Assembly: GCA_963751455.1 (NCBI GenBank)
Contig: CAVVUN010000011.1
Location: forward strand, 33,361 to 97,360
Origin: Nitrospirota bacterium
GTDB taxonomy: Bacteria; Nitrospirota; UBA9217
Reading direction: 5' to 3'
DNA length: 64,000 nt
The notes beneath the pieces were generated by a model. It made no database searches. It was not told the origin of the DNA and was given only the letters and a program-made list of their open reading frames with translations. Of the stretch, positions 20,281 through 30,697 are shown piece after piece; position 1 is the first letter of the stretch, and each line of letters opens with the position of its first letter. The translations under genes were made by a program, and so were the position numbers.

Positions 20281-23200
20281 ATGAAAAAAACATTTCTGTT
20301 TTGGACATTGCTTTTGTCCGCTATCGCGATTCTGACATCTTGTGGTGGTGGAGGTGGTGGCGGCGGCAGCACCAACAACAGTAATGACATAACGCCGGAT
20401 ACCAATCAACTGACCTGGACCAAAGCAAGTGCGCATGTTCCGGCCGGCGCGTGGGGCGGAGGTCATTATAGGTCCACTGCCTGCGGAAACAGCGTCTGGG
20501 TCGCGATCGGCGACGATTTTACAAGCTGGAGCACAGACGCCGCCAACTGGACATCATCGATGTTCACGCCGCCCCCCTATACGCTCGGCCACGTGACATT
20601 CGGCAATAATTTATTTGTCGCTCTTGGCGGTTCTTATTTCTTGAAGAGCACGGATGGAAAAACGTGGACGTCTCAGAACTTTGTCTGGAACAACCAGACC
20701 GGAAGCGGAAGCCAAGGGGCGCAATCTCTTGCGGACATAACCTACGGCAACGGAAAGTACGTGGCTGTGGACAACAGGTTTCTCACCAATGATGTCATCA
20801 TGGTATTTACCAGCACAAACGGATCAAGCTGGTCACAGCATACCGCATCCAACACATACGCCCAGCCAACCGCAATAACCTACGGTAACGGCATGTACGT
20901 AATTGTGGGGTATGGAGGTCTGGTTCTAACGAGCACTGACGGCGCAACCTGGATGAGCCGCAATCCTGGGGCCTCCGCCGGGCTGATGGGCGTTGCATAC
21001 GGGAATAATATCTTTGTTGCGGTCAGCAATCAGGGCGGGAAAATTTACACGAGTCCGGACGGCATAACATGGACGGCATCCACTGCGGGTCCGAACGGAT
21101 TCACCGCAGTGGCGTTCGGCAACGGATTATTTGTCGCTGTTGGAAATGCAATTACCACCGGACAAATCTATACCAGTACGGACGGCAAGACATGGACGAA
21201 GCAGACCGGTGCATTACCCGGAGAACTGGAAGCGGTTGCATACGGGAATGGCCGCTTTGTTGCGGTTGGCGCTGACGGCAATATTGAGATCTCCCAGAAG
21301 TCGACCGCGAGCTCCGCATTCACCGTGACCTATAACGGCAACGGGAATACCGGCGGCAGCGTCCCGGGTGACTCGACCAACTACCTGCAGGGCCAGACGG
21401 TCACGGTGCTCGGAAATACAGGCAGCCTCGTAAAGAACGGATATTCCTTTGTGGGCTGGAACACGCAGGCGAACGGATCCGGAACGACTTATACGCAGGC
21501 GCAGACTTTCACGATCGGTGCGGCGGATGTCACCCTGTACGCGAAATGGACCGCAAGTCCCACATACACCATAACATATAACGACAACGGCGCTGCCGGC
21601 GGAAGTGTCCCGAATGATTCAACCAACTATTTACTGGGGCAGACCGTCACCGCGCTCGGGAATACAGGCGGCCTCGTAAAGACAGGGTATTCCTTCTCGG
21701 GCTGGAACACGCTGGCGAACGGGTCCGGCACGACTTATACGCAGGCGCAGACCTTCACGATGGGTGCGGCAAATGTCACCCTGTACGCGATGTGGACCGC
21801 AAACCCGACATATACCGTTACCTATAACGGCAACGGCAACACCGGCGGAAGCGTCCCGATCGACTCATACAATTACTTGCAGGAGCAGACCGTTTCAGTG
21901 CGCTGGAATGAAGGCAGCCTCGTAAAAACCGGGTATTCCTTCTCGGGCTGGAATACACAGGCGAACGGGACCGGCACGACCTATACACCATGGCAGACCT
22001 TCACGATGGGTGCGGGGAATGTTACCCTGTACGCAAAGTGGAACGCAACATACACCGTAACCTATGACAGCAACGGCAGTACCGGCGGCAGCGCCCCGGT
22101 CGACTCAACCGCCTACGTGCAGGGACAGACCGTCACGGTGCTCGGAGATACAGGCAGCCTCCTAAAAACCGGATATTCCTTCTTGGGCTGGAACACGCAG
22201 GCGAACGGATCCGGCACGACGTATACGCAGGCACAGACCTTCACGATGGGTACTGCAAATGTCACCTTATACGCGTTATGGATCGAATCCACTTACACCG
22301 TAACCTATAACGGCAACGGCGCGACAGGCGGCAGCGTCCCGATTGACTCAACCATCTACTTACAGGGGCAGACTGTCACGGCGCTCGGGAATACAGGCAG
22401 CCTCGTAAAGACGGGGTATTCCTTCTCGGGCTGGAACACCTGGGCTAACGGATTCGGAACGCCGTATACGCCGGCGCAGACCTTCACAATGGGCACGGCA
22501 AGTGTCACCCTGTACGCGAAATGGACTGCAAACAGTCCAGGCGCTGCCTTTGCCTACATGGCGAGCGGCGGCAACACAGTCTCGCAGTACACTATCGGCG
22601 CGAATGGTGCGCTCACACCCATGACCCCTGCTACGGTCGCGGCAGGGACTGGTTCCCAATCCATCGCGGCTGACCCCTCGGGCAAGTTTGCCTACACGGC
22701 TAACTGGAAAAGCAACAACCTCTCGCTGTATTCAATCGGCGCGAATGGTGCGCTCACGCCCATGACCCCTGCCACCCTCTCGGCGGGGTTGAGCCCGTGG
22801 TCCGTCACTGTCCACCCCTCGGGCAAGTACGCCTATGTGGTAAACGAATCCGAGAACACCGTCTCGCAGTACACGATCGGGGCAGACGGGATGCTCACAC
22901 CCATGACCACTGCCAAGGTCGGGGCAGGCGGGAGTCCGTGGGTCATTACGGTCGACCCCTCGGGCAAATACGCCTACATTGCAAACTACAGCGGCTCCGT
23001 CTCCCAGTACACGATTGGGGCGAGCGGAGAGCTCACAAGTATGAGCCCGGCTACCGTCGCGGCGGGGACGGGCTCCCACTCCGTCACGGTCGATCCTTCC
23101 GGCAGGTATGCCTATGTGGCAAACTACAGCAACAACGTCTCTCAGTACACGATTGGGCCGAGTGGAAAACTCACACCTATGAGTCCTGCCACGGTCGCGG

Positions 23201-23523
23201 CCGGGATAAGTCCGTGGTCTGTAGCCGTCGATCCATCGGGTAAGTACGCCTACACCGCAGACGGCGGCGGCACGGTCTCGCAGTACACGATCGGCGCGAA
23301 TGGTGCGCTCACACCCATGACCCCGGCTACGGTTGCGGTGGGGTTAAGCCCCACGTTTGTTACGATCGATCCTTCCGGCAAGTACGTTTACGTTGCGAAT
23401 GCGGGTTACCCCTGCATCATCTCGCAGTACACGATCGGCGCGGATGGTGCGCTCACACCCATGAGCCCGGCAACGGTCGCGGCAGAGACTGGATCCAGTT
23501 CCATCGTCATTGTAGTAAAATAG
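20281..23523 (+). CDS. Large surface lipoprotein: N-terminal beta-propeller, 5 Listeria-Bacteroides (InlB B/Flg_new) repeats, C-terminal 7-blade lactonase-like propeller
   Basis: LTSCGGGG lipobox; YGNG.FVAVG/STDG.TW repeats; 5x TVTYNGNG..GYSFSGWNT..TLYAKW; 7x VSQYTIGA.GALTPM. Confidence 0.88.
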   Translation: MKKTFLFWTLLLSAIAILTSCGGGGGGGGSTNNSNDITPDTNQLTWTKASAHVPAGAWGGGHYRSTACGNSVWVAIGDDFTSWSTDAANWTSSMFTPPPYTLGHVTFGNNLFVALGGSYFLKSTDGKTWTSQNFVWNNQTGSGSQGAQSLADITYGNGKYVAVDNRFLTNDVIMVFTSTNGSSWSQHTASNTYAQPTAITYGNGMYVIVGYGGLVLTSTDGATWMSRNPGASAGLMGVAYGNNIFVAVSNQGGKIYTSPDGITWTASTAGPNGFTAVAFGNGLFVAVGNAITTGQIYTSTDGKTWTKQTGALPGELEAVAYGNGRFVAVGADGNIEISQKSTASSAFTVTYNGNGNTGGSVPGDSTNYLQGQTVTVLGNTGSLVKNGYSFVGWNTQANGSGTTYTQAQTFTIGAADVTLYAKWTASPTYTITYNDNGAAGGSVPNDSTNYLLGQTVTALGNTGGLVKTGYSFSGWNTLANGSGTTYTQAQTFTMGAANVTLYAMWTANPTYTVTYNGNGNTGGSVPIDSYNYLQEQTVSVRWNEGSLVKTGYSFSGWNTQANGTGTTYTPWQTFTMGAGNVTLYAKWNATYTVTYDSNGSTGGSAPVDSTAYVQGQTVTVLGDTGSLLKTGYSFLGWNTQANGSGTTYTQAQTFTMGTANVTLYALWIESTYTVTYNGNGATGGSVPIDSTIYLQGQTVTALGNTGSLVKTGYSFSGWNTWANGFGTPYTPAQTFTMGTASVTLYAKWTANSPGAAFAYMASGGNTVSQYTIGANGALTPMTPATVAAGTGSQSIAADPSGKFAYTANWKSNNLSLYSIGANGALTPMTPATLSAGLSPWSVTVHPSGKYAYVVNESENTVSQYTIGADGMLTPMTTAKVGAGGSPWVITVDPSGKYAYIANYSGSVSQYTIGASGELTSMSPATVAAGTGSHSVTVDPSGRYAYVANYSNNVSQYTIGPSGKLTPMSPATVAAGISPWSVAVDPSGKYAYTADGGGTVSQYTIGANGALTPMTPATVAVGLSPTFVTIDPSGKYVYVANAGYPCIISQYTIGADGALTPMSPATVAAETGSSSIVIVVK

Positions 23524-23530
23524 CAATCGA

Positions 23531-23620
23531 TCCCGCGACCTGGAATCGCCCGGCTCCCGCCGGGGAAGAAAATCGCAATAAGGGGAACCGTCATCACCTG
23601 GATCATCACGTACATTTATC
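23531..23620 (+). mobile_element. Degenerate left end of the same IS200-type family with possible HUH fragment
   Basis: TCCCGCGACCTGGAATCGCCCGGCTCCCGCCGGGG aligns with the mini-element start. A DHHVHL peptide is encoded just downstream. Confidence 0.55.
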
Positions 23621-23624
23621 GTCG

Positions 23625-23810
23625 AAAGACGGGAGAACGATCAGCGTTCCGCTGGCATGGTCCTGGCGCTTGTCGGAAGCAACGCCCGAGCAGCGAGCGC
23701 ATTACGAGTTAATCGGAGACGGCCAGGGGATCCATTGGCCGGAAATTGATGAAGACATCAGCGCCGAGGGCATGCTGTACGGTATTCCGGCTCCGCGACC
23801 AAGGAAATAA
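23625..23810 (+). pseudogene. DUF2442 antitoxin-like 3' fragment
   Basis: DGRTISVPLAWSWRLSEATPEQR..YELIGDGQGIHWPEIDEDIS with no start. Confidence 0.75.
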
Positions 23811-24085
23811 ATATACTGTCTATCGTATGCCGTTACGCACTCCGCACTGATAACGTCTCCCAGTCGCTTCTCGTCTCTCTGTCAGCCTTCCGAACGCCCA
23901 ACTCCAAACTCGGAACTCTGAACTCTGAACTAACTCACTCCGTCTCCCCGTCGCTTCTCCGTCGTCTCTAATCGCTCTCTCTGTCAGCCTTGCGTCATGA
24001 CTGGTTCTGCTTGACATCAAAGGGTACGTCTGTTATTTTTCATCAGGAAAAATCATGCACCCGTACATATATGAGGAGACCGGAA

Positions 24086-24709
24086 ATGCAGCCTGAGGAT
24101 GTTCTGTCGATGCGCAATGAAACTTTACAGACGATAAATAAACGCCACAGTATTAGGACGTTCACCAAAGATGAAGTGACCCAGGAGGAGATCAACGTCC
24201 TCCTGAATGCGGCGAATGTGGCGCCATCGGCACATAATCAGCAGGCCTGGAAGTTTATCATTCTCAGGGGAGAGAAGAAGCACGATCTGGCCCAGCTCGT
24301 GACCACACAGTCTTCATCCTTTCCGAGGCCGGCTGCTGCCCTTCTCCGCATGGCCGCAAAGAGCATCATTTCCGCTCCCATCGTGATCGCCGTTACAAAC
24401 ACAGGGGACCTCATCAGGCACGGGACAAAGCTCTTCCAGGTGGAAAAGGAGACAGCCCACGATTTCTTCCGGACCATGGAGATCCAAAGCTCGGCCGCTG
24501 CAGTGGAGAATATCCTGCTCGCTGCCACGTCCCTTGGTCTCGGCACAGTCTGGCTCGGCGTGCTCTATCTTATGAAAGATCAAGTGCTCCGGTTCCTTGG
24601 AGAACCCGAAGGCGAGTTCATGGCCGTTGTGCCGGTCGGCCGGCCTGCCAGGGTCAGCAGCGGACCGAAAAAGCAGCCAGTTGAGATGAAGGTGAAGTTA
24701 TTGGGCTGA
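24086..24709 (+). CDS. Nitroreductase family protein
   Basis: RHSIRTF, APSAHNQQAW and LGLGTVWLG motifs; TTGACA-17-TATTTT promoter at ~24011. Confidence 0.9.
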   Translation: MQPEDVLSMRNETLQTINKRHSIRTFTKDEVTQEEINVLLNAANVAPSAHNQQAWKFIILRGEKKHDLAQLVTTQSSSFPRPAAALLRMAAKSIISAPIVIAVTNTGDLIRHGTKLFQVEKETAHDFFRTMEIQSSAAAVENILLAATSLGLGTVWLGVLYLMKDQVLRFLGEPEGEFMAVVPVGRPARVSSGPKKQPVEMKVKLLG

Positions 24710-24933
24710 ACGATGGTCAGCCGATGAAAGCTTGCGGCTCATCAGCATTTCACTTCGGATTTATGAGTCAGGTGTCCTTAGAAGACCCTTTATTTTTGTA
24801 ACCTTCTGTGATATTCTCAGCTTATCTAAAAGCCGGAAATCTTCTTGTTTCCTCACCAGTGCCAGAACGCAGATTCAGCTAATCAACGAACAACAAACTG
24901 TGAAACCACAATTTTTGACCGAGGAGCTTAATC

Positions 24934-25488
24934 ATGCCGGTTCCTGATTTCCAGTCTTTCTTTAAGCCCTTGCTGGATGTTGCCGCTGACGGCAAAGAGC
25001 ATTCCATGAAAGAGGCGAGGGAGATAATCGCCAAACGCATGAAGATTGCGGACGAAGACCTAAGGGAATTGCTGCCCAGCGGTACGCAGACGAAGTTCGA
25101 CAACCGAATCGCATGGGCAAAGAGTTATTTCGTTCAGGCAAATGTGGTTGAATCTCCGCGTCGGGGTTACTTTAAACTAACTGAACGCGGCAAGGAACTG
25201 CACGAGAAAGGGCATGATCGCATTGACGTAAAGATACTCAATCAATTTCCTGAATTTGTCGCGTTTCACACTGCGAAGACCGATCAAGCGACCACTGGTA
25301 ATCACACCGATATTTCTTCCGTAGAAACTCCTGAAGAGACTCTTCAAAAGGCATATTTAAATATTCGGGCCGACCTCGCATCCGAGATATTGGAACGAAT
25401 CAAAGCAAATTCTCCCTGGTTTGCGCGTCTATGCGTTCTTGACAAGGTATCGAATTTCACTATAATGAACATATGTTCGATAAAATGA
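24934..25488 (+). pseudogene. mrr: Mrr type IV restriction endonuclease, N-terminal half only
   Basis: MPVPDFQS..PLL, LPSG.Q..FDNRIAWAKSY, PEE motifs. Homology stops at NSP, before the catalytic domain. Confidence 0.85.
25439..25478 (+). promoter_or_regulatory. Consensus sigma70 promoter with palindromic operator for the MNT-HEPN pair
   Basis: TTGACA-16bp-TATAAT immediately followed by the perfect palindrome GAACATATGTTC. Confidence 0.75.
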
Positions 25489-26078
25489 AAACATCCTCAA
25501 AAAAAGCAAATGCCTTGGGTGGCTTGCTTGTCAAGACGACCCATCAAAAGGTCCTCGCGTTGTTTCTGGCCTATCCGGCGCGGCATTTTTACGGCTCCGA
25601 AATTTCTAAGAAGATTCGAATCAGCATCGGCCAGACGAGCAAGATCCTGGGCGATCTGCTGAGCGCGGGGGTAGTTGTAAAAGAGCGCAAGGGAAAGACT
25701 GAACTTTATAACATCGCGGAGATGACACCTGAGCTGAGACTTTTCAAGGCGTTGAATACGGTCATAAATATTGCGCCCCTCATCGATCGCCTCAAGCCGG
25801 TGAGCAAAGCAGTTCTTCTCTACGGGAGCTGCGCAAAGGGCATGAATACGGAAGAGAGCGACCTCGACATCCTCGTGGTGAGCGGCGATAAGGACCGGGT
25901 CCTTGATGCCGTGACGAAGTACTCCCCGAAGGAGCGTTACGGTTTTGCTGAAATCAAACCGGTCACGAAAACCCCGGCGGAATGGGCCGGCCTGGAAGCG
26001 AAAGATCCGGTTTATTTTGCCGAAGTGCACAAGGGCTTCGTACTGTACGAAAAGGAAATCGATGAGTCGAGACTTTAA
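25473..26078 (+). CDS. HTH + minimal nucleotidyltransferase (MNT) antitoxin
   Basis: N-terminal wHTH and LYGSCAKG...SDLDILVV motif. Confidence 0.88.
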   Translation: MFDKMKTSSKKANALGGLLVKTTHQKVLALFLAYPARHFYGSEISKKIRISIGQTSKILGDLLSAGVVVKERKGKTELYNIAEMTPELRLFKALNTVINIAPLIDRLKPVSKAVLLYGSCAKGMNTEESDLDILVVSGDKDRVLDAVTKYSPKERYGFAEIKPVTKTPAEWAGLEAKDPVYFAEVHKGFVLYEKEIDESRL

Positions 26079-26502
26079 GGACTGCTTCGATAAGAAGAAG
26101 CTCTATCGGTCCGATGCCGCGAAAGCACTGGCGGGAAAGGAATTCAAGTCCGCGACCGATGATATTACCGAAGCCGAGCTGAGCCTTTCACAGAGGCGGT
26201 ACAAGTGGGCGACCATCCAAGCATACTACGCTATGTTTCATGCAGCCCGCGCGATGCTGTATTCCCGTGGCTATCGTGAACGCAGCCATTTCTGTGTCGT
26301 TGCCGGGCTCGAACACCTCTTCGGAGAAACAAAACTGATCGAGCTCAAGTGGGTGAGAGCCATCAGAAATGCCATGTCGCTTCGCGAAGATGCGGATTAT
26401 TCAGATGCCTATTCATCGGAAGGCGCCGAGGCCTCAGTCCAAAATGCAAAGGGGTTCATGCAGGAAGCGAAGCGTATCCTGGAGAGCAGCAGGGAGAAAT
26501 AA
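26062..26502 (+). CDS. HEPN domain toxin
   Basis: AYYAMFHAARAML, SH and LREDADY motifs; overlaps the MNT stop. Confidence 0.88.
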   Translation: MSRDFKDCFDKKKLYRSDAAKALAGKEFKSATDDITEAELSLSQRRYKWATIQAYYAMFHAARAMLYSRGYRERSHFCVVAGLEHLFGETKLIELKWVRAIRNAMSLREDADYSDAYSSEGAEASVQNAKGFMQEAKRILESSREK

Positions 26503-26602
26503 CGGGCAGGTTTCTCGGGATGTTTGGAACGTAAGGTCCTAAATTGACTTATTCATATTTGCCTGCACAGAAATCAAAACTTACAGTGGTATTATGACGT
26601 GA

Positions 26603-26665
26603 TGAATCCTCTTTTTACAATCGGCTATTCGAATCGATCAATCAATGATTTCCTGGCGCTTCTCG
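26603..26665 (+). pseudogene. DUF488 5' fragment
   Basis: LFTIGYSNRSINDFLALL, similar to the start of 31497. Confidence 0.6.
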
Positions 26666-26819
26666 GAAGAACGGCGGATCGAGAATGACGTGAAGCCAGC
26701 AGAACTTGATGAGGCGTGCCTGATGTGCAGCGAGCATCTTCTTCGAGCATTTTTCGGCATGGAAGGAAAAGGCCGGCGAGTTTGGGTTTCATTATGATCC
26801 GTACAACTTCGACTCTAAC

Positions 26820-27063
26820 CCTGAGAAGCATAAAACTGAAAGAACAAAAACGCGTGACCGGATTGGTCCTCGGTATAACCGATGCCTTGTTTGAAAAGCC
26901 GGTTATTTCCGCCCCTGAGGTTGCCAGGGAATTCAAGGTAAGCCATCAAGGCGCCATGAAGGCGCTTCAGGGCCTAGAAAAGCTTAAGGTATTGAAGCTA
27001 ATGCCTGATAGACAGCGAAATAGACTTTACGTTGCTAAAGATATCGTCAAGATTATGGAATGA
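26820..27063 (+). pseudogene. Fic-family C-terminal wHTH fragment
   Basis: DALFEKPVISAPEVAREFKVSHQGA..L..LEKL.VL...RNRLY pattern; no Fic motif upstream. Confidence 0.55.
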
Positions 27064-27219
27064 AAGTGAACTTGCATAAGTCGATCTGCATGTAACTCTA
27101 CTTTCATTAAGTTACATTGCTGGCGACTAATGTAACTCGAGTTCCATAAGGAATGTAGCGATACTTGAATAATACTAAAGTCGGGAAATCAAGGCATTCT
27201 GCGGAATTGCAGTTTCTCG

Positions 27220-27519
27220 CAAACGATATCGATCGAGATCGATGAATTCATTTCTCCAACCATCATCGAACGCCTGTCCCAGCAGGCTGGCCTCTTGAAA
27301 CCGAAGATCGACGAATGGCGGGCTATGGTGGACTGCGTGATGATAGATACGGCCTATGGCGGAAAGGTCTTCAATGTTGTGCTTTCGGATGTGCCCGAGA
27401 AGAAGACCGACTATGTACAGGGCAGATACGAACTTCCGGCGACAAAAGATGAGATCATCGTGGCCGTTAAGGTCATCGATATGCTGGGCGAGGAAGTGCT
27501 GATACAGAAGAGCGTTTAA
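27220..27519 (+). pseudogene. C-terminal fragment of a type III-like (Mod) DNA methyltransferase
   Basis: WRAMVDCVMIDTAY.GKVFNV..SDVP...VAVKVIDMLGEE. Confidence 0.65.
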
Positions 27520-27536
27520 CAACAGGGCGGATTCTC

Positions 27537-28307
27537 ATGGACCTATCGAGGAAACAGCGGCAATATCGCCGCAGAATATTAACGGACGACGAAGTGCGCG
27601 CTTTTGCGAAGGCCACGAAAGCTCTCTTGGGACCGGAGCTCTTGGCCATCTCGAAAAACCATCATCTCGGCATGGAAGACAGTCTGCGGTACATGTCGCT
27701 TGCCGCCCGTCTGGAGGATGCGCGGACGGAACGAGGACTGACGCTGAAAGATGCCGCGAAGGATTTGAGGGCGCCGAAATACCGGCTTGAGGATGTCGAG
27801 AAGGGTGATCTGAAAAACCTCAAACCAGGTTTACTGCTTCAGTATGTCGATTATCTCGGCCTGAAGGTCTGGTTCAGCAAATGGAAAAAGGCGAATGTCG
27901 AGTTTTCCAAACGTCTTGGATTGTCCTCCGGTGCTGGTAAAACAGCAGGCGGCGAAAGTGCATCAATTCCCGCCCTTGTGAAAACGCTTGCGGAGAAGAA
28001 GATCGAAGCCTTTCTGAAAAAACGTCTGCCACCCTGGGCAAAGGATCAAATACGGCTTTCGCACCAGTTCCGCGGCAATACGGTCACGCTTTTCGAGCAT
28101 CGGGCGCCCTTGATGAAGGGAGACGCAGAGTGGTCCGTGATGTCCGCGGCGCAGCTTCGCTATGATGTGTAGAACGGCATGTGGACGCTCTATTGCGCGG
28201 ACCGGAATTCACGGTGGCAGGAATACACGAATGTCCCGCCCGCGAAGGACCTTGACAGTTTGCTTGAGGAAATCGGCCGCGATCCGACGGGGATTTTTTG
28301 GGGATAA
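27537..28307 (+). CDS. XRE-HTH + DUF3024 fusion interrupted by in-frame TAG at 28170
   Basis: ARTERGLTLKDAA HTH, then AQLRY-DV*NGMWTLY..DRN.RW..Y...DPTGIFWG in the same frame. Confidence 0.75.
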
Positions 28308-28313
28308 CGGCAA

Positions 28314-28718
28314 ATGAAGAAAAGTGATCGACCAATGACACTGCGCGAACTGTCGCCGGATTTCGACGATTGGCCGCGGCGCTGGATGGGGATGCCGGAA
28401 GACCTCGCATACGGGAAGAAACTCCTTCCCTACATGGAGACATTTCTGAATGACCTCATCAGTCGTGGTCTATCGAAAAAAACCTTGAAGAATTACATAG
28501 ACCACACCTGGCTCCTCGGCGGATCGATCATCACATGGGTATCTAACAACGAGGAATATAACTCACCTCCGCTCAAGATGCTTCGGAAATCCGTCGAATT
28601 GGGCGGCATCCTTCCGGACGGGTACGACCACATGACGGAGAAAGAGGCGCGGGTATTCGAGCGGACTTGCGAGCTGTTCGAAAAATTTCTCAAAAGGAAT
28701 AAAAGCAATGGTAATTGA
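28314..28718 (+). CDS. Hypothetical protein
   Basis: 134-aa ORF with plausible composition, tightly coupled to its neighbours. Confidence 0.7.
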   Translation: MKKSDRPMTLRELSPDFDDWPRRWMGMPEDLAYGKKLLPYMETFLNDLISRGLSKKTLKNYIDHTWLLGGSIITWVSNNEEYNSPPLKMLRKSVELGGILPDGYDHMTEKEARVFERTCELFEKFLKRNKSNGN

Positions 28719-29766
28719 TCCGACTATCGCTAACCGGTTTATCAACGAATATAAACGCTTCTTGTTGTCGATCTATCAATCCGAAGGCGCGGACGATGAC
28801 GGGAAGCGAATGATTGACAAGCTGCATTCAGCCAGGAAACAATTCATAGCAAATCGGGGTTTGTTGGACGAATATATGAAGAAGATGGAAGACGGCACGG
28901 ATCCGATCGACCGCAAGATACTGCTCGCGATCAGAAATATCGAATATTCCAGATGGGTGTACCTGCGCGATTTGAAGTCGTGCTCGATATTCCTCAAGGA
29001 CGGCGCTGAGTATGGCGCCGGCGTTCTTGGCCTGACGGACGAAATAAGTGTTATGACCGGGGGGCCGGGAGTGCTTTTGGAGACCGGGGTGTTTCCCTTT
29101 GACGATCACTATGTTTGCGATGGGCTGATCGCGAGCCTCGTCCACTTCGGGCCGAACATCAGGAAGAGCTTCAATGAGTCGTATAGGGAACTGCGCGAAG
29201 CAGGAAAGTTTCAGGTGAATCCCTTGCTGCCGCAGACGTCGCCGGCTGAACCGCGGCAATCGTATCGGCCGGTTGGAAGGCGAGGCGTCCGAATGATGCC
29301 GGACGAGGGTCGCAAGACCGGGAAAAATCTTGATGCGAGAAAACAGGAGCGGATAGGCGAAGTGGCCGCTCTTCTTGATGCCTTTTCCCAGGCCCATCTC
29401 ACGCCGGAACTTGCCGGCTATGCGCGGGAACTCTGGGGTCAGATCGGCCGGAAGAGGAAATACGTGATCACGGGCGGAGCGAAAGAGGTGTGGGCCGCGG
29501 CTGTGGTGTACGTGATTGCCAGGCTGAACTTTCTCTTTGACTCCAAAAGCGCGAATTATCTGACCGCGGACGCCATAAGCGCTTTCTTTGGAACGAAAAA
29601 GACGACCGTGTCGGCGCGGGCCGCGGACATTGAAAAGGCCTGCCGCGTACGCATGGGGCAGGAGGAATTGTGCAGTCCGGACATCGCCGACGCGCTTACG
29701 TTAGTCAAGCTTCCGAACGGCATGGTTATCCCGAGGAATATGGCGAGAGAAGCGGGTTTGATTTGA
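28708..29766 (+). CDS. Two-domain protein with C-terminal DUF6398-like domain
   Basis: WAAAVVYVIARLNFLFD...I..FFGTKKTTVS motif. Confidence 0.65.
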   Translation: MVIDPTIANRFINEYKRFLLSIYQSEGADDDGKRMIDKLHSARKQFIANRGLLDEYMKKMEDGTDPIDRKILLAIRNIEYSRWVYLRDLKSCSIFLKDGAEYGAGVLGLTDEISVMTGGPGVLLETGVFPFDDHYVCDGLIASLVHFGPNIRKSFNESYRELREAGKFQVNPLLPQTSPAEPRQSYRPVGRRGVRMMPDEGRKTGKNLDARKQERIGEVAALLDAFSQAHLTPELAGYARELWGQIGRKRKYVITGGAKEVWAAAVVYVIARLNFLFDSKSANYLTADAISAFFGTKKTTVSARAADIEKACRVRMGQEELCSPDIADALTLVKLPNGMVIPRNMAREAGLI

Positions 29767-29779
29767 GCGAAGGCGGGCT

Positions 29780-30160
29780 ATGCCCATGAGCGCAAATCGC
29801 GCCGATTTGGCCGGACACCTGCGGGAGGCCGCGACGACGTTGCTGGAGGAGAATGGTTACATCAGTTTCGTAGATGTTCTCCTGCGCATGGGGCGATTGA
29901 CGGAAGAAGATCACGACGCCTGGAGATTCGGCAAAACGCCTTGTCTTGAGAACGTCATCACGCTGAACTTGGCGAAGATCGGTCTTTTACTGCGCTCCTT
30001 TCAGCAGTACGCGCGATCCCATGATCTGCGACCAAGCAAGACAGCGTACCTTTCGTGGGGCAAGGGGCCGAAGCGGCAGCTCCGGTTCTCAAAGTCGGGA
30101 ACTCCAGCCCTTGAGGATGCATATGCCACGCACTATTTGAAGCCGAAAGAGGGGTCGTAA
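29780..30160 (+). CDS. Conserved hypothetical protein
   Basis: WRFGK.P.LE.VI..NL and LRFSKSG.P.LE.AYATHY pattern. Confidence 0.7.
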   Translation: MPMSANRADLAGHLREAATTLLEENGYISFVDVLLRMGRLTEEDHDAWRFGKTPCLENVITLNLAKIGLLLRSFQQYARSHDLRPSKTAYLSWGKGPKRQLRFSKSGTPALEDAYATHYLKPKEGS

Positions 30161-30171
30161 GGGTTATACAG

Positions 30172-30549
30172 ATGAAAGCAAAGAAGCAGACAAAAAAGGG
30201 AAAGAAGAAGGAACTGGCGCGCGAAGAACGCATTTCTCAGGAAATCGTTGTTGATGCCTACGGCGCCTGGGAGCAGGCAATGGGTTGGTATTACCTTGAG
30301 TTCCCGTTTACTGCGATATGCGTTAAGAAAAGGGCGATCTCGCCGCTGAAGCTCAAAGAAAGCGTGGAAGTCGTCGGATTGCCGCCCATCAACGAATGCG
30401 AGCGGGAGATGTTTGTTGAGATCCTCTGGAGAGACCGAAAATTCTCAGTTCCGATAGACCAACTGGAGTGCGACAGCCGCGATAAAGAAACCAGACAAGC
30501 CGTTGAAGATTGGCATTACTGGGTCAGGCAGGGCTATCAGTTCGGATGA
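30172..30549 (+). CDS. CcbP-like 'calcium-binding' family protein
   Basis: EIVVDAYG..EQAMGWYYL.FPF...QAVEDWHYWV..GY.F. Confidence 0.8.
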   Translation: MKAKKQTKKGKKKELAREERISQEIVVDAYGAWEQAMGWYYLEFPFTAICVKKRAISPLKLKESVEVVGLPPINECEREMFVEILWRDRKFSVPIDQLECDSRDKETRQAVEDWHYWVRQGYQFG

Positions 30550-30697
30550 CCATGAGAGATCAAAGCAACGGAAAAACGGATGGGAAGCTATTTGAAGTCG
30601 GCCTGTCGTGGCTGACGACGAAAAAGAAAGGGACAGAAGCCTATCAACTGTTTGATGATTTTGCCACCTGGATCGTTAATTGCCAATGAGGGCCGCC

